Below are positions 27,401-39,392 of a DNA stretch of 64,000 nt, piece after piece. The position numbers were made by a program, and so were the translations under genes. The DNA comes from Balanoglossus misakiensis (Eukaryota > Animalia > Hemichordata), in contig CM082598.2 of assembly GCA_040954595.2 (NCBI GenBank), positions 5,657,097-5,721,096 of the forward strand, written 5' to 3'. The notes below the pieces were generated by a model. The model did no database searches, was not told where the DNA came from, and saw only the letters and a program-made list of their open reading frames with translations. Positions within the stretch are counted from its first letter, which is position 1, and every line of letters begins with the position of its first letter.

Positions 27401-28261
27401 TTCTCGATCGCCTGTCCAGGCAACAGGATGAATCAGCTTATCCTGAGTGCAGATTCTCTTGCAAACCACAGCAATGTAGAAAAAATACCATTTTACACTC
27501 TTGATGACGTGCTACGTGCAGAAGACATGGGAAAGAAAGTGTACAACAAAGAAGTCGGTGAAGCAGAAGATGTTTGTGACCTCCTTTGTCAAGGTCATGA
27601 CACAACAATCTTACGACATAAATGGAAAAGATGTGATATCAAATGGATGCTAGAAGAAACCAGAAGAAACCTGACAAGGAGAATGCAGTCTCATCGTGAT
27701 CCTTCTCTGAGCTATGGCAGCATGGCAGATTTCATGGGCATTAAGCTCCAGGATATCAAGGGATTTGAATCAATGGCGGGTCAGGCAGACAGACCAGTTA
27801 CAGAGTATCTCTTTGAAGAGTGGTGTCGTATATGCGCAGAAAAGAAACGACTTCAACGGGAAAAAGACACCACAGAACTCCAGACCACTTCTCATGACAC
27901 ACATGATGTTGATAGTGGTTTGGCAACGATGTCACCGTCATCACAACAACCAGACTCAAGCGTCCAATTCCGACGAGGAAAAGACACCACTACAGCTGCA
28001 GGTGCCAGAGCCATCTCACCTGACATAGAGACCTCCGAAGGTCGTTCAGCAAAAATGTCACACTCATCAACATCATCCCCCCAACAAGATTCTGATGAAG
28101 AAGTGAATGCTCAGAAAACAAGACGGAAGTATCCACATTTAAAGGGACCTGTCTTCGAAAGCAACTTCGAGAATCTGCTGGCAATATTCAGCACCATGGG
28201 AAGAGAGGACATGATCGGATTGATTGAAGAGATGTTCGAGAAATTGGAAGAACGCAGATAG
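12499..28261 (+). CDS. Ankyrin-Roc-COR-death domain ROCO protein, DAPK1-like without kinase, copy 1 (spliced, ~1240 aa if all exons are used)
   Basis: GT-AG exons in continuous frame: 12499-12555 (MGNFCCKK..), 17247-17312, 17677-17787, 19377-19472, nine ANK exons 19767-21884, 22362-22472, 24032-24106, 24261-24380 (P-loop GDGGVGKT), 24587-24826 (PTPGID, WDFAGQ), 25041-25185 (VILVASRAD), 25433-25581, 25965-26141, 26777-28261 (COR motifs VVLDPNWLC and GFFPRLQ, then a death-domain-like tail). The paralogs have the same exon structure. Confidence 0.85.
13124..15450. mobile_element. ~735-bp TTAA-flanked element (Kolobok-like) interrupted by a nested insertion
   Basis: TIR GGTGGCATTGCATGAAA; uninterrupted copies at 22539-23272 and 59919-60652. 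Confidence 0.85.
13192..14799. mobile_element. PIF/Harbinger-type non-autonomous element carrying two further MITEs (~13489-13747, ~13749-13940)
   Basis: TIR GGGACCGTTCAGTTTTTACGGC, TAA TSD. The host site ggcctaatactg is intact in the other copies of the host element. Confidence 0.85.
15478..16542. mobile_element. Inverted, one-end-truncated copy of the same Harbinger-type element
   Basis: Reverse-complement match to 13227-14799 without the nested MITEs; the second TIR is missing. Confidence 0.75.
18011..19356. mobile_element. Helentron/DINE-1-like non-autonomous element in a ROCO intron
   Basis: Absent from the same intron in copies 2 and 3. Inserted in a T-run, subterminal IR GGTCCCATT/AATGGGACC, 5' (GTAT/GGAT)n tract, three ~240-bp internal tandem repeats. 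Confidence 0.6.
19740..21890 (+). repeat. Tandem array of nine ~250-bp exon+intron units, each with one 33-aa ankyrin exon
   Basis: Exon starts 19767, 20026, 20281, 20535, 20790, 21046, 21294, 21542, 21786. Shared acceptor cattacttacag; donor gtaaatacc (gtagatacc in unit 1); variable (TTTG)n tract in the introns. Confidence 0.95.
22539..23272. mobile_element. TTAA-flanked ~735-bp element (Kolobok-like)
   Basis: TIRs GGTGGCATTGCATGAAA, TTAA on both sides, single TTAA at the empty site ~48278. Confidence 0.85.
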
Positions 28262-29005
28262 ACTGTCAAAAGAAGAGCAGATAAATTCTGAAAACCAGAA
28301 TTTGATTCCTTCAAATCCCACCCAGTAAACTAAAAACATGTGTGTTCAATGGCTATAGAAATGTCAGGGGTAACTGAAACATGAATCTGATATGGAAATA
28401 TTATAGCCATGCACCCCTATGCGACAGTTCAGACCAGATTTCTGATAGTGCAGACACTTAAATGGTAGGAAATGGTAAACTAATTTGACTAAAAATGCAA
28501 AATAGCATTTTGGACAGCGGTACAATCAGAGGAAAAAATATGTAGGACAAGCAATCATTCATTAGGTCAATGTGTATAACTTTATTGACATCAAAACCAT
28601 GTCAAACAAGTCTGAAGAGATCAAAATGTATACTTGATGCTCTCAGGGTGAATGGAAATCTTGGGAGTCATCTATTCTGCTAAGGTCAGTGTAATGTACA
28701 AGTAAATATTGCAAATGTGTCTCTATTTCTATAGTAAATGTTTTGTGGCAGTATTTACACATTACCCTTTTCAATGTACATGTACGCTCAAGTCAACTTG
28801 TCATTTTTCACAAATGTCATATTTTTTCCTAAAATTTTGAACAAGATCTTAAGATAATGGAAAATTGTGTCCTCTTGGTCTAGAATTAAAGGAAAAAATA
28901 ACGGAAAATGTGTCAAAATGATGAAAATTTTACACCACATTTTGACAGGAAAAATGTGTCATTCAAAGGGTTAACAGCTTTGGATTTGAGTAAAGCTATA
29001 GATGG

Positions 29006-31230
29006 CTAGCTACTTTCAGTCTTTTTTCTTGTGGTGCTTTGTACAGAACTTGGAAGCTGTTTCGCTGGGGTTGCTGTGTTGACATTGTCTTTTTGGTGGA
29101 TTTTGGTGTGACGGTTCAAGTTGCTGGAATCACTGAAAGTTTTTCCACAGTAATGACACTGGTAAGGTCTTTCCTTGGAGTGAGTTCTCCGATGGGTGAT
29201 TAGGCGATTGTTACAAGTGAATCTTTTACCGCACTCTTTGCATGCATAGGGTTTTGTGTTTGTGTGAATCCAGCTATGCTTTTGAAGAGACTGAGGTCTA
29301 GCGAATGCCTTGTCGCAGTCTGTGCAATTGTAGGGTTTGGTGTTTGAGTGCGTCACGCGGTGCTGCTGCAGGATCTGACTGGTGACGTAGCGCTTGCCGC
29401 AGTCGCTGCATTTGTGCGGTCGCTGGCCGGTGTGCTGCAGTAGGTGCACTTTCAGGGAAGACATTCGGTTGAACGCTTTTCCGCAGGCTTCGCACGGGAA
29501 CGGACGTTCCTTTGAGTGCGTCCCGTAGTGCTGTTGCAGGGTGTTCTTCTTGCGGAACGTTTTACCGCATTCTTCGCAGGCGTACGGCCGTTCTGTCGTG
29601 TGCGTTGCAGCATGCCGCTGCAGCTTGCCTTTTGTGTAGAACCTCTTGCCGCAGTCTTTGCACTCGTGTGCTCTCTTGCCGGTGTGGAAGCTCTGGTGTC
29701 CCTTGAGCGTGTAGCTATGTCGGAACCTCTTGCCGCAGTCTTTGCATTCGTGTGCTCTCTTGCTGGTGTGGAAGCTCTGGTGTCCCTTGAGCGTGTAGCT
29801 ATGTCGGAACCGCTTGCCGCAGTCTTTACACTCGTGTGCTCTCTTGCCGGTGTGGAAGCTCTGGTGTCCCTTGAGCGTGTAGCTATGTCGGAACCGCTTA
29901 CCGCAGTCTTTGCATTCGTGTGCTCTCTTGCTGGTGTGGAAGCTCTGGTGTCCCTTGAGCGTGTAGCTATGTCGGAACCGCTTACCGCAGTCTTTACACT
30001 CGTGTGCTCTCTTGCCGGTGTGGAAGCTCTGGTGTCCCTTGAGCGTGTAGCTGTGTCGGAACCGCTTACCGCAGTCTTTACACTCGTGTGCTCTCTTGCC
30101 GGTGTGGAAGCTCTGGTGTCCCTTGAGCGTGTAGCTATGTCGGAACCGCTTACCGCAGTCTTTACACTCGTGTGCTCTCTTGCCTGTGTGGAAGCTCTGG
30201 TGTCCCTTGAGCGTGTAGCTATGTCGGAACCGCTTACCGCAGTCTTTACACTCGTGTGCTCTCTTGCCGGTGTGGAAGCTCTGGTGTCCCTTGAGCGTGT
30301 AGCTATGTCAGAACCGCTTACCGCAGTACGTGCATTGGAACCGTTTCTCGTTTGAGTGAACCGACAGATGCGACTTGAGTCCCTGTTTTGTGAAGAAGGC
30401 GTTACCGCACTCCTCACATTGATGTCGTCTCTCTCTGTTGATCGAGTGAATCTCCTGGTGAGCCTTGAGTGTGTAATGCCTCGTGAATGTTTTACCGCAC
30501 ACTTTGCATTGATTCCTGTCTCTGTCGACGAGAACATTGTCAGTCTCGAGTTGTGGGATTGAATCGCCTGTATCCTTGGAAACGTGACCATGCAGAGCAA
30601 GACAATGGACGATGAGATGAATATCTGTTGAAACAACAAAAAGTATTGGTCGTTAGAAAACAAATGGAAATACTGGGACTGTAAATATACTTGTAACAAT
30701 GTTTAACCCTCTCACCACCATGGTTAGGTCCAAACCCGGTGATTTCTAAGGTAAGGATAGACCTCTGCACAAGGAAATGGGGGTGATAGGGCAACTTCTT
30801 ACAGGCTGTGTGGAATTTACATATGCAGCTATCTGTCTGTCATGGAGAGTTTAGGAAAGTCTTGTATTGACTGACATGGTACATACCATTTTGTGACAGA
30901 TTTTCTTGTTGAAATCTCTGTTTGAATTCCTGAGTACACCTTTCAATGACTTCACCAAACACAGTCAGATGATCATACACATTTTCAAATGTCTTCTCGT
31001 GTTCTGGAATTAGAAATAATATATAATGTTAAAACTGAGAACATGTATATTCATACTTGACACCATTTTAGGTGAGCTAGCTCTCAACTTTCCACAGTAA
31101 CTTTTGCTTATTTTGCAGAGGAGTGGCATTGCTTACCCACATTGTTGCCAGGGGCAACGAGCGAGGTGACGCTGACGTCACACGAATTTGCAGCACTACT
31201 CAAAGCAATCGGGAAAGGTTCGGAATTCAT
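29006..31230 (-). pseudogene. C2H2 zinc-finger paralog (~17 fingers, 8 repeat fingers) with an in-frame nonsense codon
   Basis: Same exon model (31230-31137, 31003-30887, 30624-29006). CGA>TGA at 30310-30308 in the third finger; the equivalent codon is Arg in the other repeats. Confidence 0.7.
29660..30340 (-). repeat. 84-bp zinc-finger minisatellite, 8 units
   Basis: 84-bp period from 29721 to 30309. Confidence 0.95.
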
Positions 31231-31384
31231 CCTGACAATTTCCAAACGGATAAACACCGTCTTCTTCACCGTAATATAGACACTGGGCAACACTGGTATT
31301 CGACTGGGACACTGGTGACTGCTGTCCTGTCAATCGAGGTCAGATTCAGATTCGAGCTCGTGCTCTACTCTTCTGCTCATTAGA

Positions 31385-31560
31385 CGCGCAAAGGAATCCT
31401 CGGTAAATTGACCCCAAAAATGTAGTCCATGAACATTTTTGGGTATGGGAATGCTATATTTCCATCAATGTCAGGAAAGAGTGACTATAGCTACAAAATT
31501 AATGCATTAAATGCGATGTATTATGCGCATCCGAACCGAACTTCCGGTGCTCTGAATCTG
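31385..31560. promoter_or_regulatory. Putative bidirectional promoter between divergent ZNF genes
   Basis: Short spacer between two divergent first exons, with ACTTCCGG (ETS-type) at ~31540 and TGCGCAT at ~31524. Confidence 0.35.
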
Positions 31561-31633
31561 ATTCTGAATTTGACTCAAATTGACTTCTTACTGTTGTTTC
31601 TGTGTGCATTGCGTTACGACCAGACCTCTACCT

Positions 31634-33017
31634 ATGAAATTGAACCTCTTGATGGGATGGGATGAGTTCTCAACTTTTCCAATTGCTGTGTTGGGCGCTA
31701 CACATTCTAAGAATGTCAACATAAGCGTGAACTCTATCTCCGCTTCTGACACTAGCGGTTCGGGTAAGTACAGTCTCGCGGCAGGGGTATAAAGTACATT
31801 AGCTCTGCGTACAGGTCTGTGTTGTTCCCGGCGTTACACGGCCTCCACCCACAGCCCTGCAAGGCGCCATAGAAAAAACTGGTGCTTCTGCGGTCCGGAT
31901 CCGGACCGCAGCTTTTTCGGCCGAAATTCGATTTTATCGAAGCAAAATCCTTTCCCTGTCTACTTCTGCCCCCTAACCGACTCCAAATATGATGCGATTA
32001 ACTTGTCCTAACGTCCGAACCACTCGCGTTTGATTCATTTTTGTGTGTTTACATGTTGAGATCGCCATATTAAATATAAGGCTTACAGCGAGTTTATCTC
32101 CATGGGTAAACAAAAAAGTTTTAGAAAGCGAGCGGCTCGGACGTTAGGACAAGTTAATCGCATCATATTTGGAGTCGGTTAGGAGGCAGAAGTAGACAGG
32201 GAAAGGATTTTGCTTCGATAAAATCGAATTTCGGCCGAAAAAGCTGCGGTCCGGATCCGGACCGCAGAAGCACCAGTTTTTTCTATGGCGCCTTGCAGGG
32301 CTGTTGGTGGAGGCCGTGTAACGCCGGGAACAACACAGACCTGTACGCAGAGCTAAAAGTACATGTACTTAGCTCTGGACCCTGTCAAAATAAACACACG
32401 GCAGAAGTAGTCGCAAGCTATCCAGCCAGGTCAAAATGCCCAGAAATTAGTTGTCCATATTCAAGTTGTCAATGCCAGGGGAGTGTGGTTTGACAAGGCA
32501 TATTTTTAAATTCTGAAATTATGCAATAATGATGGTTGTTATCCTGAACGTGCTGAGAGATTTGTAGGGAATGTGTTAAGAAAACGGTCTCTTTCAATTT
32601 TTCCCATTAATGTATACAATCACCTTTAATTTACATTGTCCATATATGGTTGAAAGTACATGTCTAAGTCACTCTACAAAAGTCTGTGATTGGCTAGATT
32701 ACTCCTTTCCATGGCAACTGTGGCTTAATTTGCATAGGTGACCTTGTATCTGGTATATTTTAATTACAGGATTCCGCAAACAGCCAGAATGTTTCATCCA
32801 TGATGATTTATCTCCTGAAGAGATCAACAAATTTGGTGAAATCTTTGACAGAGCAAATGAAGAACTATTTGAATGCAAAGACTGTGGTAAACGTTTCACC
32901 CATAGCGACGCTCTACAGAAACACATGTATTGTTTTCAAAAGAATTTGAGTGCCTGTTGCATTTTTGTTGTTACATGTATTATCATTATTGACATTAAAT
33001 CAGTACTTGTAATTTAA
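31634..33017 (+). pseudogene. Truncated or diverged zinc-finger gene, head-to-head with the - strand ZNF
   Basis: Exon 31634-31763 (..FPIAVLGATHSKNVNISVNS.., phase-1 GTAAGT donor) splices in frame to 32770 (..FGEIFDRANEELFECKDCGKRFTHSDALQKH). Only one finger, lacking the final His. Confidence 0.5.
31800..32355. mobile_element. Foldback MITE with ~220-bp TIRs and 9-bp TSD (Mutator-like)
   Basis: TAGCTCTGCGTACAGG...CCTGTACGCAGAGCTA flanked by AAAGTACAT on both sides. Confidence 0.9.
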
Positions 33018-35018
33018 AACAGTTTATAACTTTTTTTCAATTAATATTATTGACTGACAACTAGTAGTTTATTTGTCATGAATGCCAGAATATATTTTTG
33101 TTTGACGTTTTGGGGGAAAGGTTAGAAATTTACAAACCTGGTAGTATTAACCCATTCATCAATATGGTTCAGTCCAAATCTGTTGTTTTCTGCTTGGAGG
33201 TTGGACCTGCAAAGAGGGAACTGGGGGTCAAAGGGTGAAAATATATCATCTTAGTTTGAGTGAGCATGTTCTTGTAAATTTCGAGTTGGGATTACAAAGT
33301 CTTTCACTCTGAATATTACTACAGTACTGTAACATTCATCAGCATTCCAAGACAACAATAATGAAATTGTATGTATTTTTGTACTTTGCTGTATATGTAA
33401 ACATCCACACATTCTGTTGTGTATTGAAGTCCATAAAGGCATTGTTCACATAAAATATACACATTCTCAGAAGTCATTTTTCATGTTACATTAGGGACGG
33501 TCCCTTAAGAACAAATTTTAGGTCCTGTACACCAAATTAAAAAGCTTGACTCATACTGATTGAAATCTAACACAAATCTCACTTAAAGAGATAACACACG
33601 AATTATCTGATTAAAAAAGTTTATTGCAAATGGAAGATGGAAGAAACTGCAACTGGGTAATTTAAATTCAAGTGTGGGTTTTATTAAAGTGTCTCATATG
33701 ACACAGTTGTGAACGATAAAAGTTGGTGAAAATTTTAACTGCTACAATGCACATCATTGAAAAATTTCCTGGTACATTTATTACTGCAATTTATTCTTCT
33801 TTCAGACAAAAAAAAAGTTCACAAACTTTTGTCAATGCAAACATGAACTGCAATGGTTCCAATAAGAACGCCCTCAAGCAGTAAAAATTGTTTGACTTGT
33901 AACTAAGGGACCGTGTGTACTCGAGGCCAGCCGGAAGTCAAATGAACGCTTAGTCATGTTGGAACTCCCGTGATGCTTTGCGCGTGACACACACCACCTT
34001 CTTTCATTGTATAGAACATGTTGTTTTTTTTAATTGAATAACTCTTAAGTAGGCTGGTTATATTCATGAAATGGTTTCACTTGAAAAAGAGAGATGGATG
34101 CAATGCACTCTGTTTCCCGACCGTGTGTGGAAGGGACTGTGACCGGACTCATCACAAAAATGTCAACAGTCGACTACCTATGGGCTTCATTATGTGTAGG
34201 GAACGCGTAGGCCCATAACCCGACGCTACCCGAAACCACAAGCTCAGTCCCAAATTCGAAACTCACCTCATTACCAAAAACACGCTCAAGGCAAGCATGC
34301 ACGCAAAAAGTATTGCAATTATTTATTAAGACAAAAAACCACCGAAAACACAAAAAGTATTGAGATTTAAAAATCGCCAAGCGACTAGTGGGCTAGTCTA
34401 CTAATACCTGTACACTCTGCAATTGCTGAATTTTTACAAAAAGAAAGAAACAATAATCGAACTGACTTTGATATATAACGCTTTGTGTAAATTGGTACTT
34501 TGGAGTAGAGTTGATATGCCAAATTAATGCAGAATCTAACGGGAAATGGGATGGGAGTACCTCAGGCTACCATGACTACTGTAAAACACTTTATTTTCGC
34601 GATATCCAGAGAGGCCACTGTTTCGCGAGTTTTAATATTCTTGTTCTCTTATTTCATTCACTGCATCGTTATCTTTAAAAAAAATTACGCAACTTTTTAT
34701 TTTCACGCTATTATGTCTCTCGCGTATTTCGCGAAAATTTATTATGTTTTACAGCATATACAAAGGAGAGGATTTCAGCTCCTAAAGTCACGGGGTTCCA
34801 ACACATTTCAGTTCATTCTACACTAAAGGAGTTCGTTCCAGAGTGGGGTCCAGCCTGGACTACAGGCCTTGTCCAGTATATCCACGGCTGATCCTTTTTG
34901 AAATAAAGTCATATCATTGGCGTTAAAACCTACTCTACCCGTGTTTCCGTCTCTTCATCAACCGGACTCTACGAATGTAGGCCTATCCCACCAAATTATT
35001 GGGAGACATGGCACAGGC

Positions 35019-35207
35019 TAGCTCTGCGTGGCAGGGCTGTGTTGTTACGGCGATCCCAAAAATGTTGAGTGAGTGAAGGCATGGATGGATGAATGCGTGA
35101 GTGAAGGAATGGATGGATGGATGGTTGAGTGAGTGAAGGAATGGATGACAGAGTGAAGGAAATGTGGAGGGCTCGCCGTAACAACACAGCCCTGCCACGC
35201 AGAGCTA
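35019..35207. mobile_element. Short Mutator-like MITE with the same TAGCTCTGCGT termini
   Basis: ~35-bp TIRs, degenerate 9-bp TSD, empty site ggcgcaggc at ~2687. Confidence 0.8.
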
Positions 35208-35315
35208 GACGCAGGCGTGTGAAATGTGAGGAATAGGCCTACATGAGAAGAGGCCCATCAGGAGTCGGCCAATAGGAGTAATCGGACAGTTCTTGAACTT
35301 CTGTATGCATTGTTA

Positions 35316-36523
35316 GGGAGCCGTCATTATTTATGGCCTGGGGGGGGGGGGGTCGGAGGAATTACACTAGAAACTCCAAAATTTTGAGAAACCCCCCCCT
35401 GCCAAGCATGCAGATTTTGAGAAACCCCCCTTCCAACACAGAAATTTCGACTGCCCCCCCCCCTAAAACCGAAACAACTACATATCAATACATGTATCTG
35501 TATAAATCACTATTACAGTAGTGTAGTAAAAGACCTTTCAACTCCAGGTTCACCCTGCTACATTGTAGGTGATCATCAGTTGCATCATGATGGATTGAAA
35601 AGGGTGAAACAACAAAACAATCTCAAAGTCACAACTAAATAATGATTACCGTAAAAGCTCACCCATAACCAGTAACCATCAAGTAGCATTGTGTAATTTG
35701 GACAGGCATCGTTAAAAGTCAAAATGATTATCAAACTTTGTTGGTGAAAATATATTTCTGTGAATTAACAACAGTTCAGGTAGTTCAGTCCTATGTGCTA
35801 ATATAGGTATCTGCTGGGAGCATTCCGCCATGATCCGGCTGTCCTTCCCCCTCTTGTAACAACTGTTGGAAATGACTGTACAGGTACTATATCGTCACCA
35901 CTGTCATCTTCACGTTTATTCTGTTAAATTATTTATATGTTTTATATTTAACCTTTATGAAACATTCTATATCAAAGAATCATTTATGTGCTTAGAATGC
36001 ATTTTTTGAGATTTTTTATTTTATTTATGTTATCAAAACATTATTTCTGCAATATTGTGTTTATCCATAGACTCAAGAGATTACCAAACGTGTGACAAAG
36101 AGGTCAGAGAAAAAAAGACAAAGAAAACAAAAACTTACATTTGCTTGAATATACATGTAGTATGCATTTTTCAGTATTTTAATAAATAATAATAATATTT
36201 ATTTCTTAAAAAATAATAAGGAGTAATGTTTTTTATGCATGATCAGGCAAGCATGCCAATCCTTTATCAGCAAATTTTGGGAAAAATACTTTGATAGTGC
36301 AGTGTGGACACTCTGGAGGTCGCGGAGCGCTGCAGCACTTGCACAGCACACAACTAAATCTTTCAGTTGAAAAACTTTGATACATTTCCCAAAAATGAGT
36401 GACCCCCCCTCTTCATCTACAATTTTTGAGAAACCCCCCCTGCAGCCTTCCAATTTTTGAGAACCCCCCCCCCCTTGATTCCTCCGACCCCCCCCCCCCA
36501 GGCCATAAATAATGACGGCTCCC
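35316..36523. mobile_element. PIF/Harbinger-type MITE
   Basis: TIR GGGAGCCGTCATTATTTATGGCCTGGGGG, TTA on both sides. Confidence 0.85.
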
Positions 36524-39392
36524 TTAGGCCTACGTCTTGGCAATTTATTGGTAGGCCTACATGTTTTGATTCTAGAACAGTTCACCATTATATACGCATT
36601 GAAGTTGTGCACTCTAAGTCATCCTGGAACAATAAAATTGAATTTTGTCTGGTACAAAAGAGTGTTGTTGTATTGTTGAATGGTGTATGATGTCATAACA
36701 ATAAATCACCAAGATATTAGGTCACTCAGAGGTCACTGTACAGGTATACCGCAGAAAATGACCGCAGACATTACTGACTTCACCGCTGGCGGCGCCCTAA
36801 AACATCCATTTCAAGCGATTTTGTGCTATTTTCGTTTCGCCACATTAGAACTTCTTCCATTTTCTTCACAACTATGATCAACGAAAAACTAACGAGATTG
36901 AACTGTAAGAGCAAATATGGTGCCCTCTATTATTTTCTCATATGACCACAGAAGAATGCACGTGAGCTATCAATGTCGTCCGATGCCACTTTGTAGTTCC
37001 TATCCATGTACTACAAATCGCGCCATTGGCTAACATTCGCGCGTGTTGATCAAGAAATGTTTATTATCCAATCAACGCTTGTGTTACATAACACTTCCGG
37101 ATTAGCAGTGTGGGATGGATTTTGGAAGGATAGAAATCAGCCAGGATGTGTCTATCCTACATTTTCGTAGTTTTTGATAAAAAAAATCAGCACAATACAC
37201 CCGCGCGCTGGATATCACTTAACACCAGGAATTATTTGTGTGCCTTTATTGACATTTTTGGGACTTGGACTTGTGACACGCCACACCACACATGGATTTG
37301 TTGGATGGAGAAGATTCGCTGGATTTCTACAACTAAAAGAACCTAGAACAGAAAGCAGGTAAGATTCTCTGGACTGGTTGGGACAACTGGCCTTTTACCT
37401 GCGCTGTAATTGCACGTGCGCCCACCAAAACTTTCTAAAACTTGGAAGTTAATGTAGACATGGACGTAAAAAGAGTCCATGATGTAGACTAAGATTCTGA
37501 CGTGAAACTGTCGTCGGTTGCTCAACTAATATTGGCGGAATCTTGCAAAATGTAAGTCAAACGACTCTTCTGTACATTTTTGTCTCATCGCTCACGTGAC
37601 CACCACAACACATCTAGAAAACTGAGCTTGCAATCGACTTAAAAAGGAAATACAAAATCCCTGTAAGGTGTAATTATAGTGTGTTGTCTAATGTACTAGA
37701 ATGTTGTTCAAATAAAACTGAAGACGCGTTGCGTTCACTGTTAAAACTGACAGAGAAACGTGCGTCTGTTTGTCGCAAAAGTTTACTCAAAATTTGCATG
37801 AAATATACAAACAAGAAAACAAACCTGCGTAGTGGGCGCGGGCCTAGCCTAGCAACGCGTTATCAAACGGCGATTTCGCTGCATTAAAATATCAAAACTT
37901 ACCGAAATGTAGCGGAAAGGGCTTGATATATATGTATTCTAAGATACGGTGCGTGAAAATTTAAAGTTTCGAAAGGCAAACTTCGCGTAACGGCAAGTTT
38001 TCGGTGGCAAATGATTGTACTGGTCAATTTCCTAAACGGTGAAGTCAATCTCAAAGTCAACGAATGTGTAGTGACGGTTTTTTCGCATTGGACGTATGAA
38101 CCCGGAGTGACGATTTCAATCCACCGGATGCGTGAAAGTGTTTTTTTACGAGAACAGCTGTTGTTTCCATCTAACCTTCTTTCCACTTGATTAATGATTT
38201 TAAGAGAGGATGAGGGCGATCTTTGTACTTATAATATAAGATGCTTTCATTATAAATTGTATGCTTGGATCAACAGTAAATGTTATCAGGGTTACCTAGA
38301 CATTTTGCCAGATTTCTCCTTGATATAGCAATGCATTTCTAATAGATGTATAGCAGAAATTAATGTTCCTAAATTATTGTGTTCCCAAACTAAGCAAAAA
38401 CATTGAAATTATATTTCAGAGGCCGGCAACTGCATGGTAAACTGTAGTGATATTAATAAATCCTTTAACAAATGAAAGAGACATGCAGCAACGATTGCAA
38501 GCAACAAGACATGCTCTCTCAAGACAAGACTGGCACACTTTCCCTAAAAGGTAAAAACGAACTTTTTTTGTTATCCTTTGATCTCACTACCACAAGATTA
38601 CATTAAGGGAATTCAAAACATACTTTTGAATACATAGTTTTTATATTAAGATTTATCATAAGGTTTAAGTGAATGACATTGTTTTGGATGTCTATGTGCG
38701 CCTGTATTCATGTCCCCTCCCCCCCCCCCCCGCCCAATATATTTGAACAAAGTGGCCACATGAGGGCAGTATTCACTCCAAGATTTACTGTACACTGTTT
38801 TCTTTGACCAACAGTAACTGTCAGTTGTTCACCATACTTCTGTAAATCCACACTGTTAAATCATTCATATGAATAAAGAATAATGCATGAATTTTGCCAG
38901 AGAAGAATATTGTGATACACAGTCACTATGAGTCATTTTAGGCCACACTGACAATTGAACAACTGTGGAAATTAATTGCTCTACCAAACACAGTTATCGC
39001 AAGCCATTTTCGATGATTCTAGGCCACATTGGCAAGCTACCAGTAATGACTATTAAAATTATTTTCAACTGTGATTTCAATACATATTTCTTTTGTTCAC
39101 AGGGTTGAGATGCTATCTGGAGCAGTTTTTGCTTCAGTAAACTCCGGCAAAGTTGTGGTGTTGTGAAGTTACCCTGGGATTTAAACCACTTCTCAGTGAT
39201 GCCACTGTCTGATTCTGCATGTTTTGAAAATCTGGCTGAACCAGAACTTAAAGCTGTCCTGATCTGTTTAGTGTGTGAAGATCTGGAATGGAGTCTGGTT
39301 GTCTGCAGGACATATATGAAAGTAAGTCAAGTCTCTTTGAGTTTAATTTGTATCTACACACACACACGCACACCCACATGTATGCACGCACG

